A DNA stretch of 32,000 nucleotides from Mycobacterium tuberculosis H37Rv (lineage in GTDB: Bacteria > Actinomycetota > Actinomycetes > Mycobacteriales > Mycobacteriaceae), in NCBI RefSeq assembly GCF_000195955.2, contig NC_000962.3, forward strand, positions 1,980,001 through 2,012,000, written 5' to 3'. The notes beneath the pieces were generated by a model that was given only the letters and a program-made list of their open reading frames with translations, was not told the origin of the DNA and searched no databases. Of this stretch, positions 9,833-18,814 are shown piece after piece (the stretch's first letter is position 1; the number at the start of each line of letters is the position of its first letter). The translations under genes were made by a program, and so were the position numbers.

Positions 9833-12577
9833 CTACGTCAAGCCGTGCTGCCCATCCCGGCCGAGTACCAGCCCACCGGCGCCGCCGGCACCCGCCGTGC
9901 CCCCGGCTTTTCCGGCATTGCCGCCGTTGCCGCCGTTGCCGATCACCACGGCGTTGCCGCCGGCTCCACCCTTGCCGCTGGTGGCGCCATCCCCGCCGGC
10001 GCCACCGTCACCGCCGTTGCCGTACAGCCCGGCCTTGCCGCCGGCGCCGCCGTTCCCGCCGGCGCCGGTATCGCTGGCGCCGCCGGCGCCGCCGGCGCCG
10101 CCGAAGCCGCTGCGAAGGCCGGTGATTTGGCCGGCCCCACCGGTGCCGCCATCACCGCCAGTGCCATTGAGGCTGTAGCCCCCGTTGCCGCCGGCCCCGC
10201 CGGAGCCGTAGAACAATCCCGCGCTGCCGCCGGCGCCGCCAGCACCGGCCTTGCCTGACAGGCTGGAGCCGCCGCTGCCGCCGGCACCGCCCGACGCATT
10301 GAGGGTGAGCGAGCCAGCATTGCCGCCTACACCGCCACCCCCGCCGGCCATGCCCCCATGACCGCCGGCCCCGCCAGAGCCGCCGGCACCGTACAGCCCA
10401 CCGGGCCCGCCGGCACCGCCTGTCCCTCCGGCCCCCGTGGAGCCGCCGTTCCCACCTGGTCCGCCGGTTCCCCCGTGGGCGTACAGCCCGCCGGCCCCGC
10501 CGGCCCCGCCGGCGCCCCCGGCGGTGCTGCCGGTCCCGCCGGCGCCGCCGGCCCCCCCGTTGGCGAACAACCCGGCAGCGCCGCCAGTCCCGCCGGCGCC
10601 GCCAGTGGTAACGCCTGCGGTGAAAGCGCCGCCGCCACACCCGCCGAGCCCAGCCGCGCCGATGAGCAAGCCGGCGTTCCCGCCGGCCCCGCCGACGCCG
10701 CCGGTGGTGGTGGCGGCCCCGCCGACACCACCGGTACCGCCGGAACCGATCAAGAAGGCGGATCCGCCGGCGCCACCGGCCCCGCCGGCACCCGCCGTTC
10801 CGACGCCGCCGGCCCCGCCGGCGCCACCGGTGCCAAACAGGATCCCGCCTGCCCCACCGGCGCCGCCCGCGCTGCCGTTGGTGCCGGCCGCACCGGCCCC
10901 GCCGTTGCCGCCGTTGCCGAACAACCAGCCGCCGGCACCGCCATCGTCCCCGGTTCCCGGCGTCCCACTGTCGCCGTTACCGATCAGCGGGCGTCCGGTC
11001 AATGCCTCGGTGGGTTCGTTGATGAAACTGAGAATGTCCTGCTGCAGGTTGTGCCATGGCGAGGTGCTCTCGGGAGCGTTATATCCGTCGGCGCCCAGCA
11101 GCAACCCGCCGAAGCCGCCGAAGCCGGACTTGCCGGCGAGCGCGCCGATGCCGCCCTCGCCGCCGTTGCCGATCAGCACGGCATTTCCACCGGCCCCGCC
11201 GACACCACCGGTGCCGCCACTCTCGCCGCCGTTGCCGCCGTTGCCGCCGTTGCCGATCAACCCGGGCGCCCCACCCGCCCCACCCGCCCCACCTGCGGCG
11301 GTGCCCGCGGGGCCCCCAGAGCCGCCAGCACCGCCGGAGCCGCCGGAGCCGCTGAGCATGCCGGCGCTGCCGCCGACCCCACCCTGCCCGCCGGCGGCGA
11401 AGCCGAACCCGCCGGTGCCGCCACCCCCGCCGGAGCCGAAGAGCATGCCGGCGTTACCGCCGGCTCCGCCGGCGCCGCCCTTACCACCACCGAAGACAGT
11501 GCCGCCAGCCCCACCGGTGCCGCCGGCGCCACCGGCGGCACCCAGGGAAAGCGTCCCGGCGTTACCACCGTTACCGGCAGCGCCGCCGGTGGTCAGTCCT
11601 GACCCGCCTGCCCCGCCGTCCCCGCCGGCGCCGAACAAACCGCCGCCCCCACCGTCCCCGCCGGCCCCGCCGGTGCCGAGCGTTCCGTGATCCCCGAATC
11701 CGCCCGCCCCGCCCATGCCGCCGGCACCAAACAACCCGCCGGCCCCGCCGGCGCCGCCCGCCCCGCCCGTGTGACCCTGCCCACCGGCGCCGCCGACACC
11801 GCCGGTGGTGAACAGCCCACCGGCCCCGCCGGCGCCGCCAGCCCCACCGGCAGTGCTGAAGCTGAACCCGCCGGCACCGCCGGCCCCGGCGGCGCCGGCG
11901 AGCATACCGGCGTTGCCGCCGGTTCCGCCGGTACCGCCGATGCCACCGACAAGAGACGTCGCAGCCCCGCCGGCGCCGCCGGCGCCGCCGGCCCCAAACA
12001 GCATGGCGGACCCGCCAGCGCCACCGGCCCCGCCGATCCCGTTGTTGGCGGTGGCGGTTCCGCCGGCACCGCCGGCCCCGCCGTTGCCGAACAGCCCGGC
12101 GGCCCCACCAGGGCCACCAGCCCCGCCGTTGGCGCCCTTTGCACCGGATCCGCCGGCGCCACCGTTGCCGATCAACCAGCCGGCATCCCCTCCGTTGGCC
12201 CCGGTGCCGGGAGCACCGTTAGCCCCGTTACCGATCAGCGGACGGCCGGTAGCGGCCAGGACGGGCGCGTTGATCGAGTTGAGCAGCGGCGTCACGGCGG
12301 CGGCCTCGGCGGCCGCATAGGCGCCCCCCCCGGTGGTCAGCGCCTGCACGAACCGACCATGAAACGCCGCCGCCTCGGCGCTCGCCGCCTGATAGGCCCG
12401 GCCGTGCGCGCCGAACAACGCAGCGATTGCCGCCGAGATCTCATCGGCACCGGCGGCCAGCAGGCTCGTCGTGTTGGCCGCCGCAGCCGCGTTGGCCCCA
12501 GCGATCGTCGAGCCGAGATCGGCTAGATCCGTCGCCGCCGCCGCGATAGTCTCCGGCACCGCGATCACAAACGACAT
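9833..12577 (-). CDS. wag22: PE_PGRS family protein, 914 aa
   Basis: The PE domain starts at [23 protein letters not shown] (ATG 12577, GGAGG SD upstream) and carries the GRPLIGNG linker. Long GGAGGxGG repeats follow. The 36 upstream codons of the track ORF are not PE-like. Confidence 0.92.
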
Positions 12578-13254
12578 CTGAAAACCTCCCACGACCGCTG
12601 ACCACCAGGTAATGCCGACGACCCAGGAAGCCTCGGCGCCGGGTGAATCGGTGCCAATCAGCGTATGGGCGGGCAGGCGACCCAACCGGTGTTCCAGCCC
12701 GACTCATACCCGCTGTCAAATGACCTGACAATCACTCGGTGGTCACACGCTGCGTGCTTCACATTGGTAGCTTGGGCACGTCGGCAACCGTCACAGCTGT
12801 CACACGGGTCCCTGTGGGGTTGGTCGGCCACCGGCGACAACGTTTCCTGCGCGCCTTGATCTGTCGCCGCTGGGCAGGCATCGCCGCGACGGCCGTATCA
12901 GGCTTGGTCGGTGTGAGCCGCCAAATCGGTATTGACGAATTCGTCATCGAACTCCCGGCCAAGACCACTTAGGTCTGATGGCCTGGTTCTCGTCCTCAAG
13001 CCGCGTTAGCACCACTTCGGGACGCCACGCGGTTCAGCCCGTTCTCCTCGAATAGCAGCCTGCCGGTGCCACCGGCGTCTGGGCACCCCAGACTTTCGCG
13101 CCGCTGTCACCCGTTGCGAAGGCCCCCGCAATGGCACGGTCACCGACATGTGATGCCGAGGGGCTGCGCCGGGGCTAGATTCGCGTGCAATGCGTGCCTA
13201 AACTTTTTGGCGGGGTTGGGGATTTCTGAACCGATCAGTCCCGGGTGGGCGGCT

Positions 13255-14661
13255 ATGGAGCGACTAAGCGGACTCGATGCTTTCTTCCTCTATATGGAGA
13301 CACCGTCGCAGCCGCTGAACGTGTGCTGCGTCTTGGAGTTGGACACCTCGACGATGCCGGGCGGCTACACGTACGGCCGGTTTCATGCCGCGTTGGAGAA
13401 GTATGTCAAGGCGGCGCCCGAATTTCGGATGAAGCTCGCCGATACCGAGCTTAACCTGGATCACCCCGTGTGGGTGGACGACGACAATTTTCAGATCCGG
13501 CACCACCTGCGCCGGGTCGCTATGCCCGCGCCCGGAGGGCGTCGCGAGCTGGCCGAGATCTGTGGGTACATCGCCGGGTTGCCGCTGGACCGTGACCGCC
13601 CGCTGTGGGAGATGTGGGTCATCGAAGGCGGTGCCCGTAGCGACACCGTGGCGGTGATGCTCAAGGTCCACCACGCCGTGGTCGACGGTGTCGCCGGTGC
13701 GAACCTGCTGTCCCACCTGTGCAGCCTGCAGCCCGATGCGCCGGCACCGCAACCTGTCCGGGGCACCGGTGGCGGCAATGTGCTGCAGATAGCTGCGAGT
13801 GGGCTGGAGGGGTTCGCGTCGCGGCCAGTGCGGCTGGCGACGGTGGTACCGGCGACAGTGCTCACATTGGTGCGCACATTGCTGCGTGCCCGTGAGGGCC
13901 GTACCATGGCCGCCCCGTTTTCGGCCCCACCGACTCCGTTCAACGGCCCCCTCGGTCGGCTGCGCAACATCGCGTATACACAGCTCGACATGCGCGACGT
14001 CAAGCGTGTCAAGGACCGGTTTGGGGTGACCATCAACGATGTGGTGGTGGCGTTGTGTGCCGGAGCGCTACGGCGCTTCCTACTCGAGCACGGCGTGCTG
14101 CCCGAGGCCCCGTTGGTGGCCACCGTGCCGGTTTCGGTACACGACAAGTCGGACCGACCCGGGCGCAACCAGGCCACCTGGATGTTCTGTCGGGTACCGA
14201 GCCAGATCAGCGACCCCGCCCAGCGCATCCGCACCATCGCCGCCGGAAACACCGTCGCTAAAGACCACGCCGCGGCCATCGGCCCCACCCTGCTGCACGA
14301 CTGGATTCAGTTCGGCGGCTCGACGATGTTCGGAGCGGCCATGCGGATCTTGCCGCACATTTCGATAACGCATAGCCCCGCCTACAATCTGATCCTGTCG
14401 AATGTGCCCGGACCCCAGGCCCAGTTGTACTTTCTGGGTTGCCGAATGGACTCGATGTTTCCCCTCGGCCCCCTCCTTGGCAACGCGGGCCTCAACATCA
14501 CCGTCATGTCCCTCAACGGGGAACTGGGTGTCGGCATTGTCTCCTGCCCCGACCTGCTGCCGGACCTGTGGGGCGTGGCAGACGGGTTTCCCGAGGCGCT
14601 CAAAGAGCTGCTGGAGTGCAGTGATGACCAGCCGGAAGGCAGCAACCACCAGGACTCCTGA
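13255..14661 (+). CDS. Wax ester synthase/diacylglycerol acyltransferase (WS/DGAT, Tgs-like; probably Rv1760)
   Basis: It has the acyltransferase active-site motif HHAVVDG. The N-terminus MERLSGLDAFFLYMETP matches the family start. The ORF is also open upstream (alternative starts at 13153 and 13066), but that stretch includes an AT-rich, non-coding-looking segment. Confidence 0.85.
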   Translation: MERLSGLDAFFLYMETPSQPLNVCCVLELDTSTMPGGYTYGRFHAALEKYVKAAPEFRMKLADTELNLDHPVWVDDDNFQIRHHLRRVAMPAPGGRRELAEICGYIAGLPLDRDRPLWEMWVIEGGARSDTVAVMLKVHHAVVDGVAGANLLSHLCSLQPDAPAPQPVRGTGGGNVLQIAASGLEGFASRPVRLATVVPATVLTLVRTLLRAREGRTMAAPFSAPPTPFNGPLGRLRNIAYTQLDMRDVKRVKDRFGVTINDVVVALCAGALRRFLLEHGVLPEAPLVATVPVSVHDKSDRPGRNQATWMFCRVPSQISDPAQRIRTIAAGNTVAKDHAAAIGPTLLHDWIQFGGSTMFGAAMRILPHISITHSPAYNLILSNVPGPQAQLYFLGCRMDSMFPLGPLLGNAGLNITVMSLNGELGVGIVSCPDLLPDLWGVADGFPEALKELLECSDDQPEGSNHQDS

Positions 14662-14670
14662 GTCGTACGT

Positions 14671-15054
14671 TCAGAACCGGTAGTCGGTGCCGGTGCCCAG
14701 AACTTCGATGGCTGCGTTGATGTTCGGGATCACTGTGGCGCCGTATCGGCTGACGATCTGCCCAAGCGCGCGAGCAAGGTGCGGACCCACGGCCTCGGCG
14801 ATGAGGGCGTCCTCGGCGATGACGATGCCGTTCACCATGTGGGCAGCGAGCAGCCGGCCGTCGTGGGCGACCTCGTAACGCCAGTCACCGATCTGGATTC
14901 GCTCGGGATTAGACCGAAAAAAGCCACGTCGTGCGGGGGTATGAATCACTCCCGGAAGTCCGGCGAACACTTTGACCACCAACGCGACACCGCCGGGACC
15001 GACGAGCGCGGCCGCGACGGCGCGGCTCACTCGCTCGGTATCGAAATCAGACAT
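14671..15054 (-). CDS. Small conserved protein of unknown function, 127 aa (probably Rv1761c), translationally coupled to the upstream gene
   Basis: The ATG overlaps the stop of the upstream CDS by 1 nt (TGATG at 15052-15056). It has a hydrophobic N-proximal segment (AAALVGPGGVALVVKVFAGLPGV). The longer track ORF would overlap the upstream gene. Confidence 0.7.
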   Translation of the reverse strand: MSDFDTERVSRAVAAALVGPGGVALVVKVFAGLPGVIHTPARRGFFRSNPERIQIGDWRYEVAHDGRLLAAHMVNGIVIAEDALIAEAVGPHLARALGQIVSRYGATVIPNINAAIEVLGTGTDYRF

Positions 15055-15842
15055 CAGCTGTCCATCGGCAGGACGAATGACGGTGTGATCGTTTCCCCGC
15101 TGCCGGTGCGGCGCACGGCGGTTCCCGCGGTGTAGAACTCCACCGTGTGCACTCCCCACGCGTAGTTCGAGATGGCGAAGTGCACGCCCACCACGCCGGT
15201 TGCGCCGTCTCGCTCGGCCTCGCTCTGCATGCGTGACATTGCCAGCTCACGCGCTTGGTAGTTGCCTTGCGTCCACTGTGGCATCTCCATGTTGCGGCCG
15301 ATCTGGCGAAGCGTTTGCATGAATCCCTGCACGGCGATGTGGAATACGCAATTGCCCATCACGAACGCCACCGGCGCAAACCCGGATCGCAGCAGCGTCA
15401 CCATGTCCTGGCCGGATAGATGACTGGAGAATGCTTGGCCGTTGGGACGCCGAAATGCTCCGGGCTTGGCGGTGTATCGCACTGCGGTACCGACCGCCAT
15501 GAACTCAAGGTGTTCCCCGCCCTCCCCATGGTGGCGCCAGTTGAGCCGGACACCGACGATCCCGTCCGCTTTGAGGGCATCGGCTTCGGCCTGCATGCGC
15601 GCCATCGCATTCCAGCGCGCCCGGTATGTCGCCTCGGTGAGGACACCCAGTTCCTGTTGCTGCCTCATGCCGCTGAATTGGAAGCCGACGTGATAGACCG
15701 AGACACCCATGACCAGCTCGATGGGCTCAAACCCGGCCCCATGCAGCAATGCGAACTCGTTGATCGACAAGTCGGACGTGAATGACTTCTCAGCGTGCGA
15801 CAGCCGTTCGCTGGCTACTGGATCGAGCGAGCTTGATTGCAT
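15054..15842 (-). CDS. Protein with two tandem YbjQ/UPF0145-like (DUF74) domains, 262 aa (probably Rv1762c)
   Basis: It has two internally similar halves, each ending in a YbjQ-like pattern (..AxGADGIVGVRL..F.AVGTAVR and ..RDGATGVVGVHF..FYTAGTAVRR). Confidence 0.75.
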   Translation of the reverse strand: MQSSSLDPVASERLSHAEKSFTSDLSINEFALLHGAGFEPIELVMGVSVYHVGFQFSGMRQQQELGVLTEATYRARWNAMARMQAEADALKADGIVGVRLNWRHHGEGGEHLEFMAVGTAVRYTAKPGAFRRPNGQAFSSHLSGQDMVTLLRSGFAPVAFVMGNCVFHIAVQGFMQTLRQIGRNMEMPQWTQGNYQARELAMSRMQSEAERDGATGVVGVHFAISNYAWGVHTVEFYTAGTAVRRTGSGETITPSFVLPMDS

Positions 15843-16100
15843 CGTTGTGCGTCCTTCCTGTGGTGTGTGTCAGCGTACGACGCGCAAACCATGCAGCGTC
15901 TGCCATCAGCGTCCCCAGGGCATCGGCGGCGTCTTGGCGCCGGCAACGCTGTTGTCTGGCAGTCGCGCCGGGGAGTCGACGCTACCGGTCGGCACCGCGC
16001 CGGCCGCGCATGAGTGAGGTGGCAGCGCGTAACGCGCCGCGTAGTGCGTAGACGGCAGTCACCGCCGCCAACAGGATCAACAGGACAAAGGTCGGCAACC

Positions 16101-16128
16101 TGAACCGCCCCGGCATGTCCGGAGACTC
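16101..16128. repeat. IS6110 terminal inverted repeat (orfA-proximal end)
   Basis: TGAACCGCCCCGGCATGTCCGGAGACTC. Confidence 0.95.
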
Positions 16129-16151
16129 CAGTTCTTGGAAAGGATGGGGTC

Positions 16152-16478
16152 ATGTCAGGTGGTTCATCGAGGAGGTACCCGCCGGAGCTGCGTGAGCGGG
16201 CGGTGCGGATGGTCGCAGAGATCCGCGGTCAGCACGATTCGGAGTGGGCAGCGATCAGTGAGGTCGCCCGTCTACTTGGTGTTGGCTGCGCGGAGACGGT
16301 GCGTAAGTGGGTGCGCCAGGCGCAGGTCGATGCCGGCGCACGGCCCGGGACCACGACCGAAGAATCCGCTGAGCTGAAGCGCTTGCGGCGGGACAACGCC
16401 GAATTGCGAAGGGCGAACGCGATTTTAAAGACCGCGTCGGCTTTCTTCGCGGCCGAGCTCGACCGGCCAGCACGCTAA
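16152..16478 (+). CDS. IS6110 transposase OrfA, 108 aa
   Basis: Translation is identical to 8680..9006. Confidence 0.95.
   Translation: MSGGSSRRYPPELRERAVRMVAEIRGQHDSEWAAISEVARLLGVGCAETVRKWVRQAQVDAGARPGTTTEESAELKRLRRDNAELRRANAILKTASAFFAAELDRPAR
16424..16430 (+). other. IS6110 -1 frameshift heptamer T TTA AAG
   Basis: The orfA codons ATT TTA AAG span 16422-16430. Confidence 0.7.
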
Positions 16479-17413
16479 TTACCCGGTTCATCGCCGATCA
16501 TCAGGGCCACCGCGAGGGCCCCGATGGTTTGCGGTGGGGTGTCGAGTCGATCTGCACACAGCTGACCGAGCTGGGTGTGCCGATCGCCCCATCGACCTAC
16601 TACGACCACATCAACCGGGAGCCCAGCCGCCGCGAGCTGCGCGATGGCGAACTCAAGGAGCACATCAGCCGCGTCCACGCCGCCAACTACGGTGTTTACG
16701 GTGCCCGCAAAGTGTGGCTAACCCTGAACCGTGAGGGCATCGAGGTGGCCAGATGCACCGTCGAACGGCTGATGACCAAACTCGGCCTGTCCGGGACCAC
16801 CCGCGGCAAAGCCCGCAGGACCACGATCGCTGATCCGGCCACAGCCCGTCCCGCCGATCTCGTCCAGCGCCGCTTCGGACCACCAGCACCTAACCGGCTG
16901 TGGGTAGCAGACCTCACCTATGTGTCGACCTGGGCAGGGTTCGCCTACGTGGCCTTTGTCACCGACGCCTACGCTCGCAGGATCCTGGGCTGGCGGGTCG
17001 CTTCCACGATGGCCACCTCCATGGTCCTCGACGCGATCGAGCAAGCCATCTGGACCCGCCAACAAGAAGGCGTACTCGACCTGAAAGACGTTATCCACCA
17101 TACGGATAGGGGATCTCAGTACACATCGATCCGGTTCAGCGAGCGGCTCGCCGAGGCAGGCATCCAACCGTCGGTCGGAGCGGTCGGAAGCTCCTATGAC
17201 AATGCACTAGCCGAGACGATCAACGGCCTATACAAGACCGAGCTGATCAAACCCGGCAAGCCCTGGCGGTCCATCGAGGATGTCGAGTTGGCCACCGCGC
17301 GCTGGGTCGACTGGTTCAACCATCGCCGCCTCTACCAGTACTGCGGCGACGTCCCGCCGGTCGAACTCGAGGCTGCCTACTACGCTCAACGCCAGAGACC
17401 AGCCGCCGGCTGA
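16427..17413 (+). CDS. IS6110 transposase OrfB (DDE), expressed via -1 frameshift
   Basis: Translation is identical to the 7745..8731 copy, and the frame is open from the slippery site. Confidence 0.95.
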   Translation, partial: KDRVGFLRGRARPASTLITRFIADHQGHREGPDGLRWGVESICTQLTELGVPIAPSTYYDHINREPSRRELRDGELKEHISRVHAANYGVYGARKVWLTLNREGIEVARCTVERLMTKLGLSGTTRGKARRTTIADPATARPADLVQRRFGPPAPNRLWVADLTYVSTWAGFAYVAFVTDAYARRILGWRVASTMATSMVLDAIEQAIWTRQQEGVLDLKDVIHHTDRGSQYTSIRFSERLAEAGIQPSVGAVGSSYDNALAETINGLYKTELIKPGKPWRSIEDVELATARWVDWFNHRRLYQYCGDVPPVELEAAYYAQRQRPAAG

Positions 17414-17417
17414 GGTC

Positions 17418-18515
17418 TCAGATCAGAGAGTCTCCGGACTCACCGGGGCGGTTCAGGCCCCGATGGTGTGCCCGGTGGTGATACGGGCACACCAGCACCA
17501 GGTTGGCCAGCTCGGTGGCCCCACCGTCCTGCCAATGTCGGATGTGGTGGGCGTGCAAACCCCGGGTGGCCCCACAACCGGGAACCACACACGTGCGGTC
17601 GCGATGCTCAAGCGCACGACGCAACCGACGATTGATCTGACGAGTCGTTCGACCGCAGCCAATGACCTGCCCGTCACGTTCAAACCAGGCCTCAAAGGTG
17701 GCATCACAGAGCAGATATCGGCGTTCGGACTCGCTGAGCAGCGGACCCAGGTGCAGGCCAGCGGCACGCTCCTGCACGTCTAGATGCATCACCACGGTGG
17801 TGTGCTGCCCATGTGGCCGACGAGCCACCTCGGCGTCCCAGCCGGCCTCAACCAGACGCAGAAACGCCTCAACATTGCCCGGCAACGGGGGCCGCTGATC
17901 CGACACACCGTCGCTGTTGTCGTGATCACGCTTGTACTCGGCGATCAACGCATCCAGATGAGACTGCAACGCCGCATCGAACTTCGCCGCCTCCACGTGC
18001 GGAAGCTTGATTCGCCAACAACTGAACTGCTCATCGGCGCTCCTGGTGATCGAGGGCCGCGGTTCCGGCCGAAAATCCGGTTCGGGTTCGGGTCGCGGTT
18101 CCAACTTGAGCGCGGTCCGCAGCTGATTCACCGTGGCAACGCCGGCCAACTGCGCATAATGCGCATCCGAACCCTCACCCGCCCGCCCCGCGATCACCCC
18201 AACCTGATCCAACGACAACCGCCCCTCCCGCATACCCCGGGCGCAGCGCGGAAACTCCGGCAACCGCCGCGCCACCGTGGCGATCGTGTGGGCGTTGCCT
18301 GACGAGCAGCCCATCTTCCAGGCCACCAACCCCGCCACCGACCGCGCCCCCGTCACACCCCACAACCCGTCGCGATCCAGCTCAGCCACGATCTCCACAA
18401 TGCGCCCATCAATCGCATTGCGCTGACCGGCCAACTCCGCCAACTCCTCAAACAACACCTCCACACGCTCGGCAGGACTGACTACCGCTGCGCCAGACGT
18501 CGCGGTCGAGGACAT
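17418..18515 (-). CDS. DUF222 / HNH endonuclease-domain protein (13E12-repeat-like; probably Rv1765c), with its C-terminus replaced by IS6110 sequence
   Basis: It has the HNH motif CVVPGCGATRGLHAHHIRHWQDGGATELANLVLVCPYHHRAHH. Native coding ends at the IS boundary (17456). The last 12 codons ([12 protein letters not shown]) and the stop are encoded by the IS6110 inverted repeat. The start at MSSTATSG (18515) is preferred over 18554. Confidence 0.8.
   Translation of the reverse strand: MSSTATSGAAVVSPAERVEVLFEELAELAGQRNAIDGRIVEIVAELDRDGLWGVTGARSVAGLVAWKMGCSSGNAHTIATVARRLPEFPRCARGMREGRLSLDQVGVIAGRAGEGSDAHYAQLAGVATVNQLRTALKLEPRPEPEPDFRPEPRPSITRSADEQFSCWRIKLPHVEAAKFDAALQSHLDALIAEYKRDHDNSDGVSDQRPPLPGNVEAFLRLVEAGWDAEVARRPHGQHTTVVMHLDVQERAAGLHLGPLLSESERRYLLCDATFEAWFERDGQVIGCGRTTRQINRRLRRALEHRDRTCVVPGCGATRGLHAHHIRHWQDGGATELANLVLVCPYHHRAHHRGLNRPGESGDSLI
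17428..17455. repeat. IS6110 terminal inverted repeat (orfB-proximal end)
   Basis: GAGTCTCCGGACTCACCGGGGCGGTTCA. Confidence 0.95.
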
Positions 18516-18814
18516 GAGTTCATCATCGCAGCAGGGTCTGACAACTCCGGCCAACCCGAATCCACGCCCGGGGCCGTGCCGTCATCACCCCGCAAAGAGA
18601 TGCTCGGCTCCGCCGGTACGGGCACCCCACGATCCAACACCGCCTGCTCAGCCGCCGACCACTCAACAACCACAACCGTCAATGCAGTTAACCCGGCCCC
18701 ACCACGGCCCCAACTACGGCGCTCGATCCAGCGCGATCCAACAACACCAAAACCACACGATCCGCACCGCACTCGCCCCCCGAAACGGTCCTCACGATGC
18801 CCACGATGGCCACC

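Larger units (their letters stand above)
16101..17455 (+). mobile_element. IS6110, complete 1355-bp copy in plus orientation
   Basis: Same IRs and ORF translations as the 7703-9057 copy, but inverted relative to it. No target-site duplication is present (flanks AACC / GGCC). Confidence 0.98.

Noticed and set aside
9790-9833. 9-bp GC stem (GCGCGGCGG / CCGCCGCGC) just past the wag22 stop as a possible terminator
   Set aside because: The loop is 26 nt with no clear internal pairing, and the right arm overlaps the stop codon. This is too weak to call.
9811-12526. Many long ORFs on the plus strand and in alternative minus frames across wag22 (e.g. 10358..11602, 10437..11690, 11687..12526, 10152..10640)
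   Set aside because: They are stop-codon-free by-products of the GC-rich GGC/GCC repeat. They encode Pro/Ala/Arg low-complexity strings. Only the frame with a PE domain, an SD and a Gly-Gly-Ala/Asn periodicity is credible.
12933-12946. Perfect 14-bp palindrome TGACGAATTCGTCA in the wag22 / WS-DGAT divergent intergenic region
   Set aside because: About two perfect 14-bp palindromes are expected by chance in 32 kb. I recognise no matching regulator consensus and there is no second copy nearby. It is worth a glance in ChIP-seq data but is not supportable as a feature.
13491-14288. 265-aa minus-strand ORF antisense to the WS/DGAT gene; similarly 25695..26546 (283 aa) antisense to the gulonolactone dehydrogenase gene, 27841..28752 (303 aa) antisense to the FAD oxidase, and 26758..27513 (251 aa) antisense to the IclR gene
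   Set aside because: The sense-strand genes have clear family motifs. The antisense ORFs are Arg/Pro/Ser-rich with no recognisable domains, as expected in high-GC DNA.
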